Shown: positions 13,119-27,060 of the stretch, in pieces
Layout of the letters: every line of letters begins with the position of its first letter
Numbering within the stretch: the first letter of the stretch is position 1
Assembly (NCBI GenBank): GCA_964016885.1
Contig: OZ024755.1
Span: forward strand, 7,254,001 to 7,318,000
Direction: 5' to 3'
DNA from: Eledone cirrhosa
Taxonomy: Eukaryota
Length of the DNA: 64,000 nucleotides
The notes under the pieces: model-generated
What the model saw: only the letters and a program-made list of their open reading frames with translations
Databases searched by the model: none
What the model was told of the DNA's origin: nothing
Translations under genes and position numbers: made by a program

Positions 13119-13666
13119 GCACACAGATGCATTCTCACATACTGATGCTTGCAAAAAAACCATACGAGCGTAAACAAACCGACATCGATCTTGCACATCC
13201 TCCCGACTACATTCTGTCACACACTTGCATATATACACATACTCAAACACATTTATGTCACTACAAACACACACACATATATATATATACATATTTGACT
13301 AATAAAACACACACACACACACACATATATGTATATACATATTTGACTTCTAAAACACACGCACACACACACACACACATATATATGTATATACATATTT
13401 GACTACTAAAACATACACACACACGCACACACGCACACATATATATGGTACATATACATACCATATATATATACATATATATATGGTACATATACATACC
13501 TATATGACTACAATCACACACACATAAACATATTTGACTATTAACACGCACACAATACGCGTGCGTATACACACACACATAGATATATAAAGGGTTGACC
13601 CTAAATATATTTACACACTTCAACAGTAATCTAATAAATATGTGTAAGCATTTTGGGGACACCCTA

Positions 13667-13707
<41 letters not shown>

Positions 13708-13712
13708 GTATA

Positions 13713-14028
13713 TATATTAGTAAAAGGAAAAGAAAATGCCGACAAATTTTTCCCAGTGAAAAATAGTTTAATTAGGAATAAGTAAACATTAGTAATAAGT
13801 ATTGGTTAGTATTCAGTTTTAGTTTAAAGTTTTTACCGGTTGCGCATTTCTATCTCAAAATTATTTTTGAAAAGCATTAGAAATGCGCAACCGGTAAAAA
13901 TTTAAAACTAAAACTGAATACTAACCAATACTTATTACAAATTTTTACTTATTCCTAATTAAACTATTTTTCACTGGAAAAAATTTGTCAGCATTTTTTT
14001 TCCTTTTACTAATATATCACAACTCTTT

Positions 14029-14032
<4 letters not shown>
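13713..14032. mobile_element. ~140-bp-arm inverted repeat insert between (TA)n tracts
   Basis: 13713-13852 is the reverse complement of 13878-14016; GAAATGCGCA near the inner end. Confidence 0.8.
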
Positions 14033-14098
<66 letters not shown>

Positions 14099-14172
14099 GT
14101 ATATCTACCAACATATTTATACAGAAGTATACTTATTCTAGCAAGATATAGGTTTTTCTTAGCAGAGAATTG

Positions 14173-14250
14173 ACTCCCTGATGAAGAAAGGTATTCTCCA
14201 TGGTTTTGAACACTATGTATATCCCCTTTCAGAAACTAATTAGTTGGAGT
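14173..14250 (+). ncRNA. type I hammerhead ribozyme (family F) within a TA-flanked insert (~14095-14300)
   Basis: ACUCC-CUGAUGA-A-GAAAGG..CCUUUC-A-GAAA-CUAAUUAG-UU-GGAGU; palindromic stem III; GUU site. Confidence 0.85.
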
Positions 14251-14490
14251 GAAACTTAAGTAAGTTAATTATTATAATTTTTTTTATTTTACGTCTTTTA
14301 TATATATATATATATGGCACACATACACACCAATGTGACTCTTCCTCTATTCTCTCCCCGTCTCCCACTCTCTTATTCCCCCCTCACCTGTCATCTCTCC
14401 CTCTCATCCCATTTCTCTCATCCCTCCCCTCTCTCGTATTACCTTCAAACTCTCATATATCAAACTCTCATATATCAAACTCTCATATAT

Positions 14491-14598
14491 AAAGAGTCGG
14501 GACCCCAACGGCTGAGCTCCGGCCGTTTCGACAGCTAGTTCTCAGAACTAGCTGTCGAAACGCCCGGAGCTCAGCCGTTGGGGTCCTGACTCTTTTCC

Positions 14599-14600
<2 letters not shown>
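14491..14600. mobile_element. family A palindromic insert (3' half of hammerhead on both arms)
   Basis: near-perfect 110-bp palindrome; GAAA-CG(G)C-CGGAGCUCA-GCCG-U(C/U)-GGGG. Confidence 0.85.
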
Positions 14601-14649
<49 letters not shown>

Positions 14650-15344
14650 TCCGATATACCCCTGTATAATGTCTTTCTATACACCCCCTTCTTATATATC
14701 TGCTTCTATAATATTCATCTTATATAATTCCTTCCTATGATACTACTCCTATATAACTCCTATAAACGTTCCTATAATTATCCCCCTATATAACTGCTCC
14801 TTTATTACTCCTCTTGTATTACTTTCATATATAGAGGGTGTTGCCAAAAATGTATACATACTTCAACAGCATTCTAATCAAAGAGCGTATACATTTTTTG
14901 AAGAACACCCTGTATATATATCTGATCTTATATGACTGTTTCTATGTACACCCTTCCTATATAACTAACTGTTCCTATATAACTCTGCTCTTTTCTCGGA
15001 CGTCGACCTCATATTCTAAGCAATAAAATGATTATCTATAAACACTACCATCACCCACCACTTCAAACACCACCATCACCCACCACTTCAAACACCACCA
15101 TCACCCACCACATCAAACAACAACCTATAAAGTCATACGCTCTCCGAATTATTTGCATACTGCAGAATTTTACACATATACACACACATATATTGAACGA
15201 GATAAACCTATGAAAATGTTATAGTCATACATGTATTTTGCGTGTATATATATATATATATAAAAGGATCGATGGACTTTCGTCAAATCGGACCGAGGAA
15301 ACAATGTTTCCGTTAGTCTTTCCAGTGCAAATACTATCTATCGG

Positions 15345-15440
15345 TCGCAACTCCAGGTAGAAAGAGCAACGTGAAATAAAGTGTTTTGCTCAAGGACATA
15401 ACGCATCGCTCGGTCCAGGAATCGAATTCACAACCTCAAG
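15345..15440 (-). mobile_element. CORE-type SINE (family S2) fragment
   Basis: reverse of TGTCCTTGAGCAAAACACTTTATTTCACGTTGCTC. Confidence 0.75.
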
Positions 15441-15609
15441 CTTGTGAAGGCGTGTGGCTGAGTGGTTAGAGAATATATATATATATTACTTCTTCGACTA
15501 TTTATTTCTCAGAGGGTCATGGGGAAAGAGTCGTGAAACACTCCTTGCAGTGGGTTCTGTCAGACTCAACCATCAGTATATATGTTATATAGATATACTG
15601 TTTGTTTAT

Positions 15610-16200
15610 TTGCGACTATTTGGAGTAACGTTACTCGATAGAGTGCGTAGCTCTGGGATCAGAGAGTCACTTCAGGTAGCTCGGTGATCAGAGAGTCACG
15701 ATAGAGTGCGTAGCTCTGGGATCAGAGAGTCACTTCAGGTAGCTCGGGGATCAGAGAGTCACTTCAGGTAGCTCTGGGATCAGAGAGTCACTTCAGGTAG
15801 CTCGGGGATCAGAGAGTCACTTCAGGTAGCTCGGGGATCAGAGAGTCAATTCAGGTAGCTCGGGGATCAGAGAGTCACTTCAGGTAGCTCGGGGATCAGA
15901 GAGTCATTTCAGGTAGCTCGGGGATCAGAGAGTTACTTCAGGTAGGTCAGCGAGTCAATTCAGGTAGAGCCGTTACTTCTCCAAATTGAGAATCATATCT
16001 CCAATATTATGGAAATGTGGTAGGAAAGAATCACTAGATGTATTTTACGGACAAAACCAACCGACAGGAGATCCAGAGGTAGACCCCGAGCAAGATGATT
16101 GGATAACATCCATGAACTCGGCTGGTCTCGCTTGGGGATCCAGTTGGATTAGTTGGAAACAGTTGCTTCTAACAGGACCCAGTGGAAAGAATGTTTGATA
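15610..16200 (+). mobile_element. RTE-clade LINE ORF C-terminal relic
   Basis: LRLFGVTLLDRVRSSGIRESLQVEPLLLQIE..RRSRGRPRAR..VASNRTQWKECL with stops and frameshifts. Confidence 0.75.
15650..15967. repeat. 29-bp minisatellite GGGGATCAGAGAGTCACTTCAGGTAGCTC, about 10 copies, inside the RTE relic
   Basis: near-identical tandem units. Confidence 0.95.
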
Positions 16201-16356
16201 TCTCTATAGCCGGAAAAAGTGAACAGCAGCCGCTACAGAGAGTCGAACACATATGTAGGGAAAGAACCTTGAAAAACTCGTAGACATACTTGTAATTCGT
16301 TTATGTACAAACGCGTACATAAATCCACATGTATGTAGTCATGTATAAAATAATAA

Positions 16357-16520
16357 TAATTGTTTCTTCTTTTGGCACAAGGCCAGCAATTATCCAAGTG
16401 CATTACTGGTACTTTATTTTATCGACCCCGTAAGGATGAAGGGCAAAGTTAACCTCGACGGGATTTGAACCCAGACCGCAAATGGCCATAACTCTATGCT
16501 GCAAAGTATGGTGTCTGACA
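16357..16520 (-). mobile_element. S1 SINE
   Basis: S1 consensus, reverse. Confidence 0.85.
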
Positions 16521-16736
16521 ATGACATATACAGTATAGAAAAATAGTATTACACACATATTACGAAGAACATTCTCAACACAATAGAAACAACACTACCC
16601 AAAACCATATTGCACACACCCAAGACGCACAGAGCTGTGCTAGGTAATACAGACCCGTGGTCGGTAATACAGACCCACCATGAAAAGAAGACTAATGGTA
16701 GCCCCCCCCCCATATATATATATATATATATATATG

Positions 16737-16868
16737 CATGTATGTAAAAGGTAAACAGATATAACACAATCGGTACAGTATATGGAAGGGATATATTAAG
16801 TTAACGCTTGATATAGAAGGAAGAGGGTCTTAAGGTTTCGGACGCTAGTCCTTCATCAGAAGAAAGAA
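16737..16868 (-). mobile_element. family D insert with minimal hammerhead (16828-16863)
   Basis: UCUU-CUGAUGA-A-GGAC UAGC GUCC-GAAA-C(C)UU-AAGA; matches 40136-40265. Confidence 0.8.
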
Positions 16869-17526
16869 TGAAAAATAAGATAGATTGAGGGGACGGACGG
16901 GTTGGAATTGGATTGGAAGTAGTAGGGTTGGAGTGAAAAATGGACGGATGAGAAGAAGGTGGTGTAAGCAGATTGTAGTGGAGGAAAAGTGATAGAGAGT
17001 CATGGAATTATATACACACACATATACACACACAATCACACACATACACATACATATATATATATATATACACACACACACAATAACACACATATACACA
17101 CACACACACAATCACACACATATACACACACAATCACATACATATACACACACAATCACACACATACATATCCATATTTTCTCCCGATAAAATGATTTCT
17201 GCCAAGAAACAATTCTCATTTGAAATCTTAATTAAAATACAACCTATTGATTACGTTTTGATTTTTTCGATTTAACCTAAAATGTCTAATTCTAGTAATT
17301 CACTTAACATCTAAACTATCAATTATATTTAGTTCTATGTTTTTTTGTTTAGTTTTGTGTTTATATGTTTAGGTTTTATCTTTTTAGGTCATTTTTGTTT
17401 TTCCTATTAGTTTCAGTTTAACACATTTAATTTATATGTATGTATATATATATATATATACCTCTCTCTCTTTCCCCTATCTCTCTCTCCCTCTATCTAT
17501 GTCATTCCTCTCTCTCTCCCTCTATC

Positions 17527-17567
<41 letters not shown>

Positions 17568-17657
17568 TCTGTCTAGCTCTACACCTCGACACTGAAGTGA
17601 ACCTAAACATCGAGTGCTCACCCAGGTGAACCTACAGTAACTCCAAGTTACACTCCC

Positions 17658-17702
<45 letters not shown>

Positions 17703-17704
<2 letters not shown>

Positions 17705-17781
17705 CGGTTCGATAATGGAGTCGGGTCTATAACTTCTATGGGTGACCCTCAGCCAATCCGCTGCGAAACGCGCGTAACAGG
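17703..17781 (+). ncRNA. decayed hammerhead-like motif at the start of a TA-flanked insert
   Basis: CCGGU..GAAA-CGCGCG-UA-ACAGG with palindromic stem III; the 5' core is mutated. Confidence 0.35.
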
Positions 17782-18225
17782 TTTAAACACAATAACAATC
17801 TAAATACATGTAAACGACACCTTCATAGTTTTTAAAAATTATATTTAATATATATATATATTATCCACAGTGTCCTTCTTGTAAGTCCCTCTAGGGTGTA
17901 ATTTGAGGTAGACATCGGCTGCTATATCCAGCAAGCAATTACTATAAACCAACTCAACACCAGTTTTAATTAAAAGTCATAAACGTTATCGCAAACATCC
18001 TACCACATTGAAATACAGTCCCTCTGGGAGAAAGAAGTCCCCCTCCACCACCACTGGTGGCCTTAATATAACCATGGTGTGAACAGTTTATATTATTCAT
18101 AAAATTGTGTGGATATTTATTCCAATTTTACCGAACAAAGCCAAAATATATACATTAAATTTAGGAAATCAACCGAGATGAGAAAATTGGTTGCAGTTAA
18201 AACATACATTCATTTACAAACAGGT

Positions 18226-18506
<281 letters not shown>

Positions 18507-18941
18507 GTATATACATACAGAGTTTTATGTCTGTATGTATGCAAATATTTCTGTATCAGCACAATCACCTACCGGCATATAAATATATATATATATACAT
18601 AAATTTATTTATATATATATATATTTATTTATACATACATATCACACATTCACCTACAGCAAAGCTTATTATATATATACATAGATTATCAATATCAATA
18701 TATTTCTATGTCATCATTCTCACCTATAGGCAACCATATATATATATATATATAATATATATATAGAGAGAGAGAGTGACAGATTTGTGTATAAACACAT
18801 ACATGCAAGTACATTCATATGCATAATTATAATGTCTGTGTGTGTATATGTGTGTATGTTATCAAGTCTCCGTAGAAAGGAATAAGTAAAAATAGCGTTA
18901 TCAAATCAGAAATATTATTAATCTCTGCTCAAGACAGTTAA

Positions 18942-19017
18942 TCGCTACCTTAGGTTTCGAAGCATCCATCATAAATTTCTATTATGGTCTAAGTTAGGAC
19001 GACTTTTCATCAGACGA
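18942..19017 (-). ncRNA. type I hammerhead ribozyme (family E); inverted partial partner at 19088-19126
   Basis: UCGU-CUGAUGA-AAAGUCGUCC..GGAUGCUUC-GAAA-CCUAAGG-UA-GCGA. Confidence 0.7.
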
Positions 19018-19126
19018 GTGTATAGAATGAAAAACATTCCCAAATTAGATTATAGTATAAAATTATGGCTTAAACAGAGGCACACTTTGAAACCTAAGGT
19101 AACAATTAACAGACATTAATAATATT

Positions 19127-19320
19127 GGACGGTGGATTGGCAGTATCGGTAGAGGGTCGGAGGCCATGCTTTGACGCATAGAGTTACGGCCCTTGCCATT
19201 CTGAGTTCGAATTCCGCCGAGGTTAACTTTGACTTTCATCCTTACGGGGTCGATAAAATAAAGTACCAGTAATACACTGGGTAATTGCTGGTCTTGTGCC
19301 AAAAGTAGAAACAATTATTA
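19127..19320 (+). mobile_element. S1 SINE, full length
   Basis: S1 consensus. Confidence 0.9.
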
Positions 19321-19470
19321 ATATTGGGTAGATAAAAGAACAACAACAAAACAAAAATTGCCAGGTAACTTTTACTTTTCGTTACCTCATCTTACAGTCC
19401 ATTTTGCATTGTTTAGCCTTCTATCTCTTTTAACATTATATATTATATACAATGCTTCACGCAAACATTT

Positions 19471-19513
<43 letters not shown>

Positions 19514-19643
19514 GGAGGTGAGTTTTATTGTAGCACAATAAAGCAATGCAAATATCGGATAAGTAGCACTCTACAGTTTGTAGGACTGGAGTATAATACT
19601 TGGAACTCTTTTAACCATCTTTTGATCTTATATTATATTATAT

Positions 19644-19691
<48 letters not shown>

Positions 19692-19922
19692 TATATGCAT
19701 TCAGAAATATTACCGTCATGTCAATGTATATTGATAGCTCAAAATGTTGTGTATATGAGGTATATCACTGATTATGTTGAATATGATATAAATCTCCAAG
19801 ATTGTGGACATGCCTGGCATAGACTCTCCAAATATATTAGCTCGCTACTACGTTGCCTTAGCTATCAGTATCTCTCTCTCTCTCTATATATATATACACA
19901 TAAATATATATATATATATATA

Positions 19923-20140
19923 TAGGAAAATGTTTAAGCCCAACGGCAGAGCTCAAGCCGTTTCGACGGCTATTTCTGGACTAAATTCGAATTCTAATTT
20001 AGTCCAGAAATAGCCGTCGAAACGGCTTGAGCTCTGCCGTCGCGGTTAAACCTTTTCCTATTACCCACTCTACTACCCTAAGTACTGAGTACTCTGGTGC
20101 GTTATGGTCCATCTGGTTCCTTACCACACCTCCTTCGTTA
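19923..20140. mobile_element. family A' inverted pair with 3' tail
   Basis: arms 19923-19986 / 19998-20060 plus 80-nt tail ending CCTTCGT(TA)n. Confidence 0.85.
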
Positions 20141-20152
20141 TATATATATATA

Positions 20153-20296
20153 CTTATCGTTTTGAATATGTCATTATCTGTAGAACAACTTTTATATTTT
20201 ATCTGATGGGAGCGAACCAAAATGTTTGGTACCCTTGAAATATATATAATAGAATAATTATAGTTTTATAAAGATAGTTTCCATTTATTAATATTA
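20153..20296 (+). mobile_element. family G insert, diverged
   Basis: similar to 44265-44408. Confidence 0.65.
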
Positions 20297-20432
20297 TATA
20301 TATATATATATATATGTGTGTGTTCTTACAATCTTGCATGTGTTTAGATCATTAACTATTGCACGTCATCTTGAGCTCTCAATGAGAGAGAGAGAGAGAG
20401 AGAGAGAGACGGAACACCCGCACTTACACACA

Positions 20433-20473
<41 letters not shown>

Positions 20474-20989
20474 CTACATACACACATAGCTTACATAATC
20501 AGATATTCACTGGTATAGACACACATACACTCACACATACCTACATACATACACATGTTCATGTTCATATACACAGACAGCCTACTGATTTATTCATACA
20601 CACACACACACATACACACACGCACGTACGTACACACACCAACACATATACATATACATACACAAACATGCACGCACACACACATACATACATCAAATAC
20701 TAACACGGAACTTACAGCTCTTATATCCAGGCTATAGATTTTCATTTGTGTTTTACCAATTATTATGATAGCTGCACTGAGTGAACCAATGCGGAACTCT
20801 CAGTTATTATAACAAGGCTATAGATATTCATTTGTACTTATTATCACAGATACATTCGTCTATGTAATAAGAGATGTCGTTAAAAGCCTTGGAATATCAC
20901 AGCTTTCAAAGGGGGAAAAAGAAAGCAATAACAAAAAGCCCAAACCTATTCACATCCATAAAATACAATCGATTATTGGTCCAATGTGC

Positions 20990-21170
20990 AGGCGCATGGA
21001 TTAGTGGTTAGGACTACTTGGATCTTGAGTTCGATCTCCGGAACTGGGAACCCGCCGTGTTCTTGAGAAACACACTTTATTTCACGTCGTGTCAGTCCAC
21101 TAAACTAGAAAATTTTAGTAGTGACGGACGACACTAGTGCCAAACTGTATCAGCCTTTGTCTTTCCCGAT
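20990..21170 (+). mobile_element. S2 CORE-type SINE
   Basis: GGCGCATGGATTAGTGG head, GAGTTCGATC B box, CORE-like motif. Confidence 0.75.
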
Positions 21171-21284
21171 ACATCTTAGATAGACCATGCAGTGTATTAA
21201 ACAAAAGTTAAAGTCTGCCCCAAGCTAAAAAACTCACCGAGCTTGTGTTTATCACTCCATCGCAAGGTTAACTTCTGGTACACC

Positions 21285-21425
21285 AAGTACTCATTTTCAG
21301 CTGAGTATACTGGAACATCGTGAAATAAAGTGTTTTATTCAAGAAGACAGCGCGCCACCTAATCGAGGAATCGAACCCATGACTTTATGATCCTAAGTCC
21401 AACACCTTAATCACTAGGCCACACA
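21285..21425 (-). mobile_element. S2 CORE-type SINE
   Basis: reverse match to 57265-57400. Confidence 0.75.
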
Positions 21426-21493
21426 TATTTATATAGTGTATATATAGCGTCTCTCTCTCTCTCTCTCTCTCTCGCTCTCTCTCTCTCTCGCTC

Positions 21494-21911
<418 letters not shown>

Positions 21912-22931
21912 GCTTTATATAGTAGTACAATGAAAATTTGGAATTCTTAGCAAAAATACTTTAATCGACTTTCCCCTCCCCCACAATTGTTGGCCTTGTG
22001 CCTAAATCCGAAACAATTATTTAATCCTTCCCCGTTTTCCCTCTCCTTTTGTTTATTATTTTAAAAAAAATTTCATTATTGTATTATCGGTAATAATCTA
22101 GGATCAATCAGTAATATATTTTTTCTCGATCAATATATTCAGCAAGCCGGAAAATTCTTTCTAGTTTCGTATGCTGTGCACATAGATGAAGAATGTATGT
22201 TTCTGACTATCATGATGGGTGGGTGAGGATGGTGGTGGTAGATCTTAGAAAATAATCGAAGGATTCAATTTCCATGTCTAATCGATATATTTAAGATTCT
22301 AAACCTGTACAGAATGATTTGTTTTCGTTACTGTGGTTGTTTTTACTATTGATGTTGTTGTTACTATTGTTGTTTAAATTAATACCATACAAAACACACC
22401 GATCTGACATTGTAATTTCTCTTATTCTTTGCTAATTCACCACAGAAATTATTCCAATGTTTGGTAGAATGAAAATTAATCTTTGCTGCATATGTAAAAA
22501 TAACACAAACAAAACAACAGAAATAACAACAAAAACCCCGGAAAACTAACTCAAAGACATTTAATCATTATTAGCATTAATTAGCTGAAAATGGTTGATA
22601 TGACTGGTTAAATATTGCTGAGTCAGATATTTGTAATTATATCTGGAATGGATATACGTCGCTTTCGATGATGATTCTTTCAATTGTTCGATTTAAAGAA
22701 CAGCCTACTAGTGAAATTAACATTCCACAGACACCTTTACCAAACGTATTTCTCAGGAAGATTCAGCTTGACGCTATGTATGACGAATCTAGATCGTTGA
22801 ATCACAGTTACAGTCCATCAGACGGGCTTCAAAACAGTTTCTGTTGGTTAGGTAATAGGTTCAATTCTCAGACAGGATGGTGCGTTGTGTCAGTCAGCAA
22901 GTCACTTTAGTTTAGTCAACTGGAAATGTGT

Positions 22932-22932
<1 letters not shown>

Positions 22933-23002
<70 letters not shown>
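22933..23002. repeat. (CAG)n inside a decayed S2 SINE
   Basis: direct. Confidence 0.9.
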
Positions 23003-23003
<1 letters not shown>

Positions 23004-24187
23004 GGATTAGCCTTGTGACGAACTGACGAAACCTCCAGGCGTGTGTGAGTGGAGGTGGAGGGTTATCTAATACTTTCAGTCAGTTCTTTATGCTACACGA
23101 ACCTGGGATAAGCTTCAAACTGATGAACCTCAACGTTGAAGAAAGATAATTTTGGTTTTCTAATTTTGGTATATCTCACTGTTGTAAGCACCGAACATCC
23201 TGTTTAATCAACGCAATTAATTAACTCATTTTAAATATATATATCTAATATAAATCTGACGTCTTTCTTGTTTTTTTTAAATTATTATAAGAGCGGGGAA
23301 TCATTCTGGAGTATTCTAGAATGAATTAGATTGCTAACACTACATAAATATTCCACTACATTTTAATTTATTGTGATAGCGTTAAAATTAAGACAAAGTT
23401 TAATCAGTAAAAGTGGCTCTAGGAAATTAATTTTATTGTTCTGTTTGAAGGTATGAGAAAGGAAAGGAAAGTAAAGGAAAAAAGTCAATTCTCAGTTTTC
23501 CATTGGTCTTTCCATTACTGACACTATCTGCTGATCATAACTCCTGGCAGAAACACCATCACTTTACTGCAGAGAGCATGAGAAAGTGGACCTCAGAACG
23601 CAAACGCACACTTCTGCACAATTCCACTAATCCACAGTCCTTGGACAGGAATTTTATTTATCGACCCTAAGAGGATGGAAACAAAGTCGACACTGTCGGG
23701 ATTTGAACTTCGAATGCAATGATTCGGACGAAACACCAAAATATTTAATCTTACGTTCTAAGTACTCTGCCAATTCACGGCGAACACACAGATCACTTCA
23801 TTGAAACAACGTAGAAATCAAGACAAATTTTAATCAGTAATAATTCTTCTTTTGTTCATTGGAAGGTCTGGGCATTAATACACCATTTTCAAACAATCTT
23901 GATATATAAATGTTGGCAATATATATTGATTGATTTACTTTCAATTAAATGAAGTTGCAGCTTAACTTAGTAATTTGGTTACTGAGTGCAAAGGTATTCT
24001 GATGGCTAGCTGTATTAGGATATCCTCTGATGAACGTGTCGTTGTTTTATCATAGACAATTCAATAGATTAAAACAATTAATCCGATTTCTATATCAAAT
24101 AAATATGAATTAATACATATTTCGACATTTGTGTAACAACTAGAACAGGCATAACGACGTGCTGACTACTTCAATAACAACAACAAC

Positions 24188-24266
<79 letters not shown>

Positions 24267-24278
24267 ACATACACACAT

Positions 24279-24307
<29 letters not shown>

Positions 24308-24309
<2 letters not shown>

Positions 24310-24470
24310 GAAAGGCTTCTACAGGACTAGAACTGTTTCATTCCTGATGATTTCTCCCAAATGGAACAGTTCTAGTCCTGTAGAAGCCTTTCTATATTAA
24401 ATATTTATACTCAACCTTGTATTGAGTACCTTACTTACTCTGGTTACCCCCGATTGATCTCGGGATAACA
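24308..24470. mobile_element. family B inverted pair with hammerhead (24341-24387) and tail
   Basis: UUC-CUGAUGA..(GGAA)-CAG UUCUAGUC CUG-UA-GAAGC; junction microhomology TTCC. Confidence 0.85.
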
Positions 24471-24554
24471 TTTTTCTCATTTTGTTCTCCGTTCCTTCCT
24501 CTTCCCACTATCTCTTCCATTCTATCTTTCTATTTCATCTTCTATTTCTAACGC

Positions 24555-24690
24555 TATCTTCTGATAAAGGACTAGTCTCCGAAATGTTAAGGCTCTTTTC
24601 CTGCTATTTCAAGCGTTAAACTAATCTATTTCTTCAATGTACTGTCTCATTTGCTTTGTTATTTCTGTTTACTTTACACATATGCACACA
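24555..24690 (+). mobile_element. family D insert, diverged
   Basis: TCTTCTGATAAAGGACTAGTCTCCGAAATGTTAAGG and the shared tail. Confidence 0.7.
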
Positions 24691-25190
24691 CCTATATATA
24701 TATTACCTTTCTATATAATATAGCAGCCAACTCTCACCTCAATTCTATGACCTGTCTATATAATATAGCAACCGACACCTACATCAGTTACAGACCAGTA
24801 TATATAATATAACAACCAGCACCCACCTCGGTATTTTGATTTCCCTACATAAAACAACCTTAAACAAACAACTACACCAGAAGCCACCTTTGATGACTAA
24901 GTGTATGTCATTAATAATATATCATTTTCAACATTATTCAGCTCATTTTTATTATCCTGCAGTATACATTTTTTTGTTGAGATAGACGCCATACAGAAGT
25001 GACATCACCTAGACATTACATCGAGAGTCTTCGTTGGTTTCGACGATGGGCATGCAATCATTCAATCAGCTGATCACCCAACTCGTGAATTAACATATAA
25101 ATGGTTCAGTGTTCTAACATGTGCAGCCTTAACCTAAACCCCTAAGAGAACCAATGCGATATGTGACAAAGCTGGTCATTTGCATTACAG

Positions 25191-25385
25191 CAGACCTGCC
25201 ACCCTCTAAAATCCCAAACTGGGAGTTCTATGAAAAAGGTGCCCCGAAACGGGGAGAAATGAGGTAAAATGGGGAGATTTTACATAATGAAATCTATACC
25301 CATTTTCACAAGAGAAGACATTTCTCACCCACCCCAAAGTGGGTGGGTGATCTCCCCCGTCGGACGGGGAGAGTTGACAGGTCTA
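25191..25385. mobile_element. MITE with TIR CAGACCTGCCA(A/C)C; partial reverse copy at ~61510-61642
   Basis: CAGACCTGCCACCCTCT ... AGAGTTGACAGGTCTA. Confidence 0.7.
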
Positions 25386-25471
25386 CATTTATCAGAATTG
25401 TACAGAATTGTACTCTGGTTTCAGTTTTCCTATCTTGTTCATGTACTCTGGCTCGTTCAAACAAAAAGGTA

Positions 25472-25630
25472 CCTTATTTCCCGGCGCCGAAGACGCTTCG
25501 TCCTTGAGGTCGTACTCTAATTTTGACAACCAGAAATTTGGTAGGTATGGTAGATTTTGGTAGGTATGGTAGATTTTTTTTTAGACTTATTTTAGGAAAA
25601 AAGTAGCGTCTTCGACACCGGGAAATACGG
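25472..25630. mobile_element. pogo/Tc1-type MITE, TA-flanked
   Basis: TA-CCTTATTTCCCGGCGCCGAAGACGCT ... AGCGTCTTCGACACCGGGAAATACGG-TA. Confidence 0.8.
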
Positions 25631-25895
25631 TACTTGAATGACCTATATAATTCTTTTAGTAGCAGAGACAGACTATACTAACAGATTTTCTGCTTTGCAG
25701 TTCTTTTCAACATTTATTTTAAAGGATTGTCCGTTTTTGAATTTTGCCTCGGACTAAAATTAGGTTACTATTTATAAACCATAGTGTATTGTACTCTCAA
25801 CACTAACTATATATATACACAGACACAGACACACACACACACACACACACATACACACATACATACATACATACATACATACATACATACATACA

Positions 25896-25926
<31 letters not shown>

Positions 25927-26015
25927 TTCATTGTCCGAAACCATGCTCCTTTACAAGCACGTCATTATTAAGTTTTCATTGTAATCAATGGGCTAAATAT
26001 GGCCCATTATATATG

Positions 26016-26056
<41 letters not shown>

Positions 26057-26186
26057 CGAAGGAGAGGGTGTAGACAGTGTATACATATAATATCCTATTG
26101 CTTTCAGAATCCAATTTATAATCCTCTTTATTGCTGTCTATATATCTACTTAACTACGTAACAGATTATATATAGCTATATAGGTT

Positions 26187-26218
<32 letters not shown>

Positions 26219-26277
26219 CATACACATACGTGTAAGTATATTTTTATATAAATGTCTATACACACACGTGATTGAGA

Positions 26278-26314
<37 letters not shown>

Positions 26315-27020
26315 TATATGTGTGAGAGTATGTGTATCTCTGCACAATCTACAAATTGAAATCGCTTATAGATAAACTATTTACAAAATGTTTCAGGATC
26401 TTCGATTTTCTATGGAAGATATTTGCTAGAATTAATTTCGACAGGTTTATAAGAGTTGTAATTTTTGTATCGATTAATTGGCAGACATTTTCAGTTGAAG
26501 GTCAGAAAATTATTCCCAACAAAACAAATATACCTTAAAATACAAATTCTATTTGTACACAAACCGTACAGGGTTCACCCAAAGCTATGAGAAATGTTTA
26601 TGTAAACAAACACATTTATACACATACACATGTCTTATTTATATATTTCTCCGTAGAAAAATTGTTCGAGTTTTAGGACGCCAGATGTTTCAGCCACCAT
26701 ATTATTTATTTAGTAGTTTAGTTGTTCATAATCTACGTAGTAGCAATACGTGACTTAAAGCGTTATAAATTCATCAAATGCGTCAGTATCAGTGAATTGC
26801 CTATGGCAATTTGCATATTGTTAGTGTTTACGGTGGTAGCTAATTCAATATTATGAATAAAACTGTGCACTGAGCAGCGGAAATATACTATAGATTCTTA
26901 TTTGTACACAAACAATGGAGGATTTAACCGAAGCTCACAAAAAATGATGTGTAAACACACACGTATGTAAACAGTTTTTATGTACATAGTTCCTCGTAGA
27001 TTTAAATAGATGAACAGCTT

Positions 27021-27060
27021 GATTCCGAGTTTCGGTCTTTGCTAGGACTCATCAGAAACC
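27021..27060 (-). ncRNA. degenerate hammerhead-like motif
   Basis: GGUUU-CUGAUGA-GUC..GAC-C-GAAAC; the cleavage triplet is not canonical. Confidence 0.4.

Noticed and set aside
15650-15967. 29-bp repeats of CRISPR-like length
   Set aside because: No spacers; derived from LINE sequence
22933-23002. Polyglutamine coding exon
   Set aside because: Lies within a decayed SINE with stops nearby and no splice context
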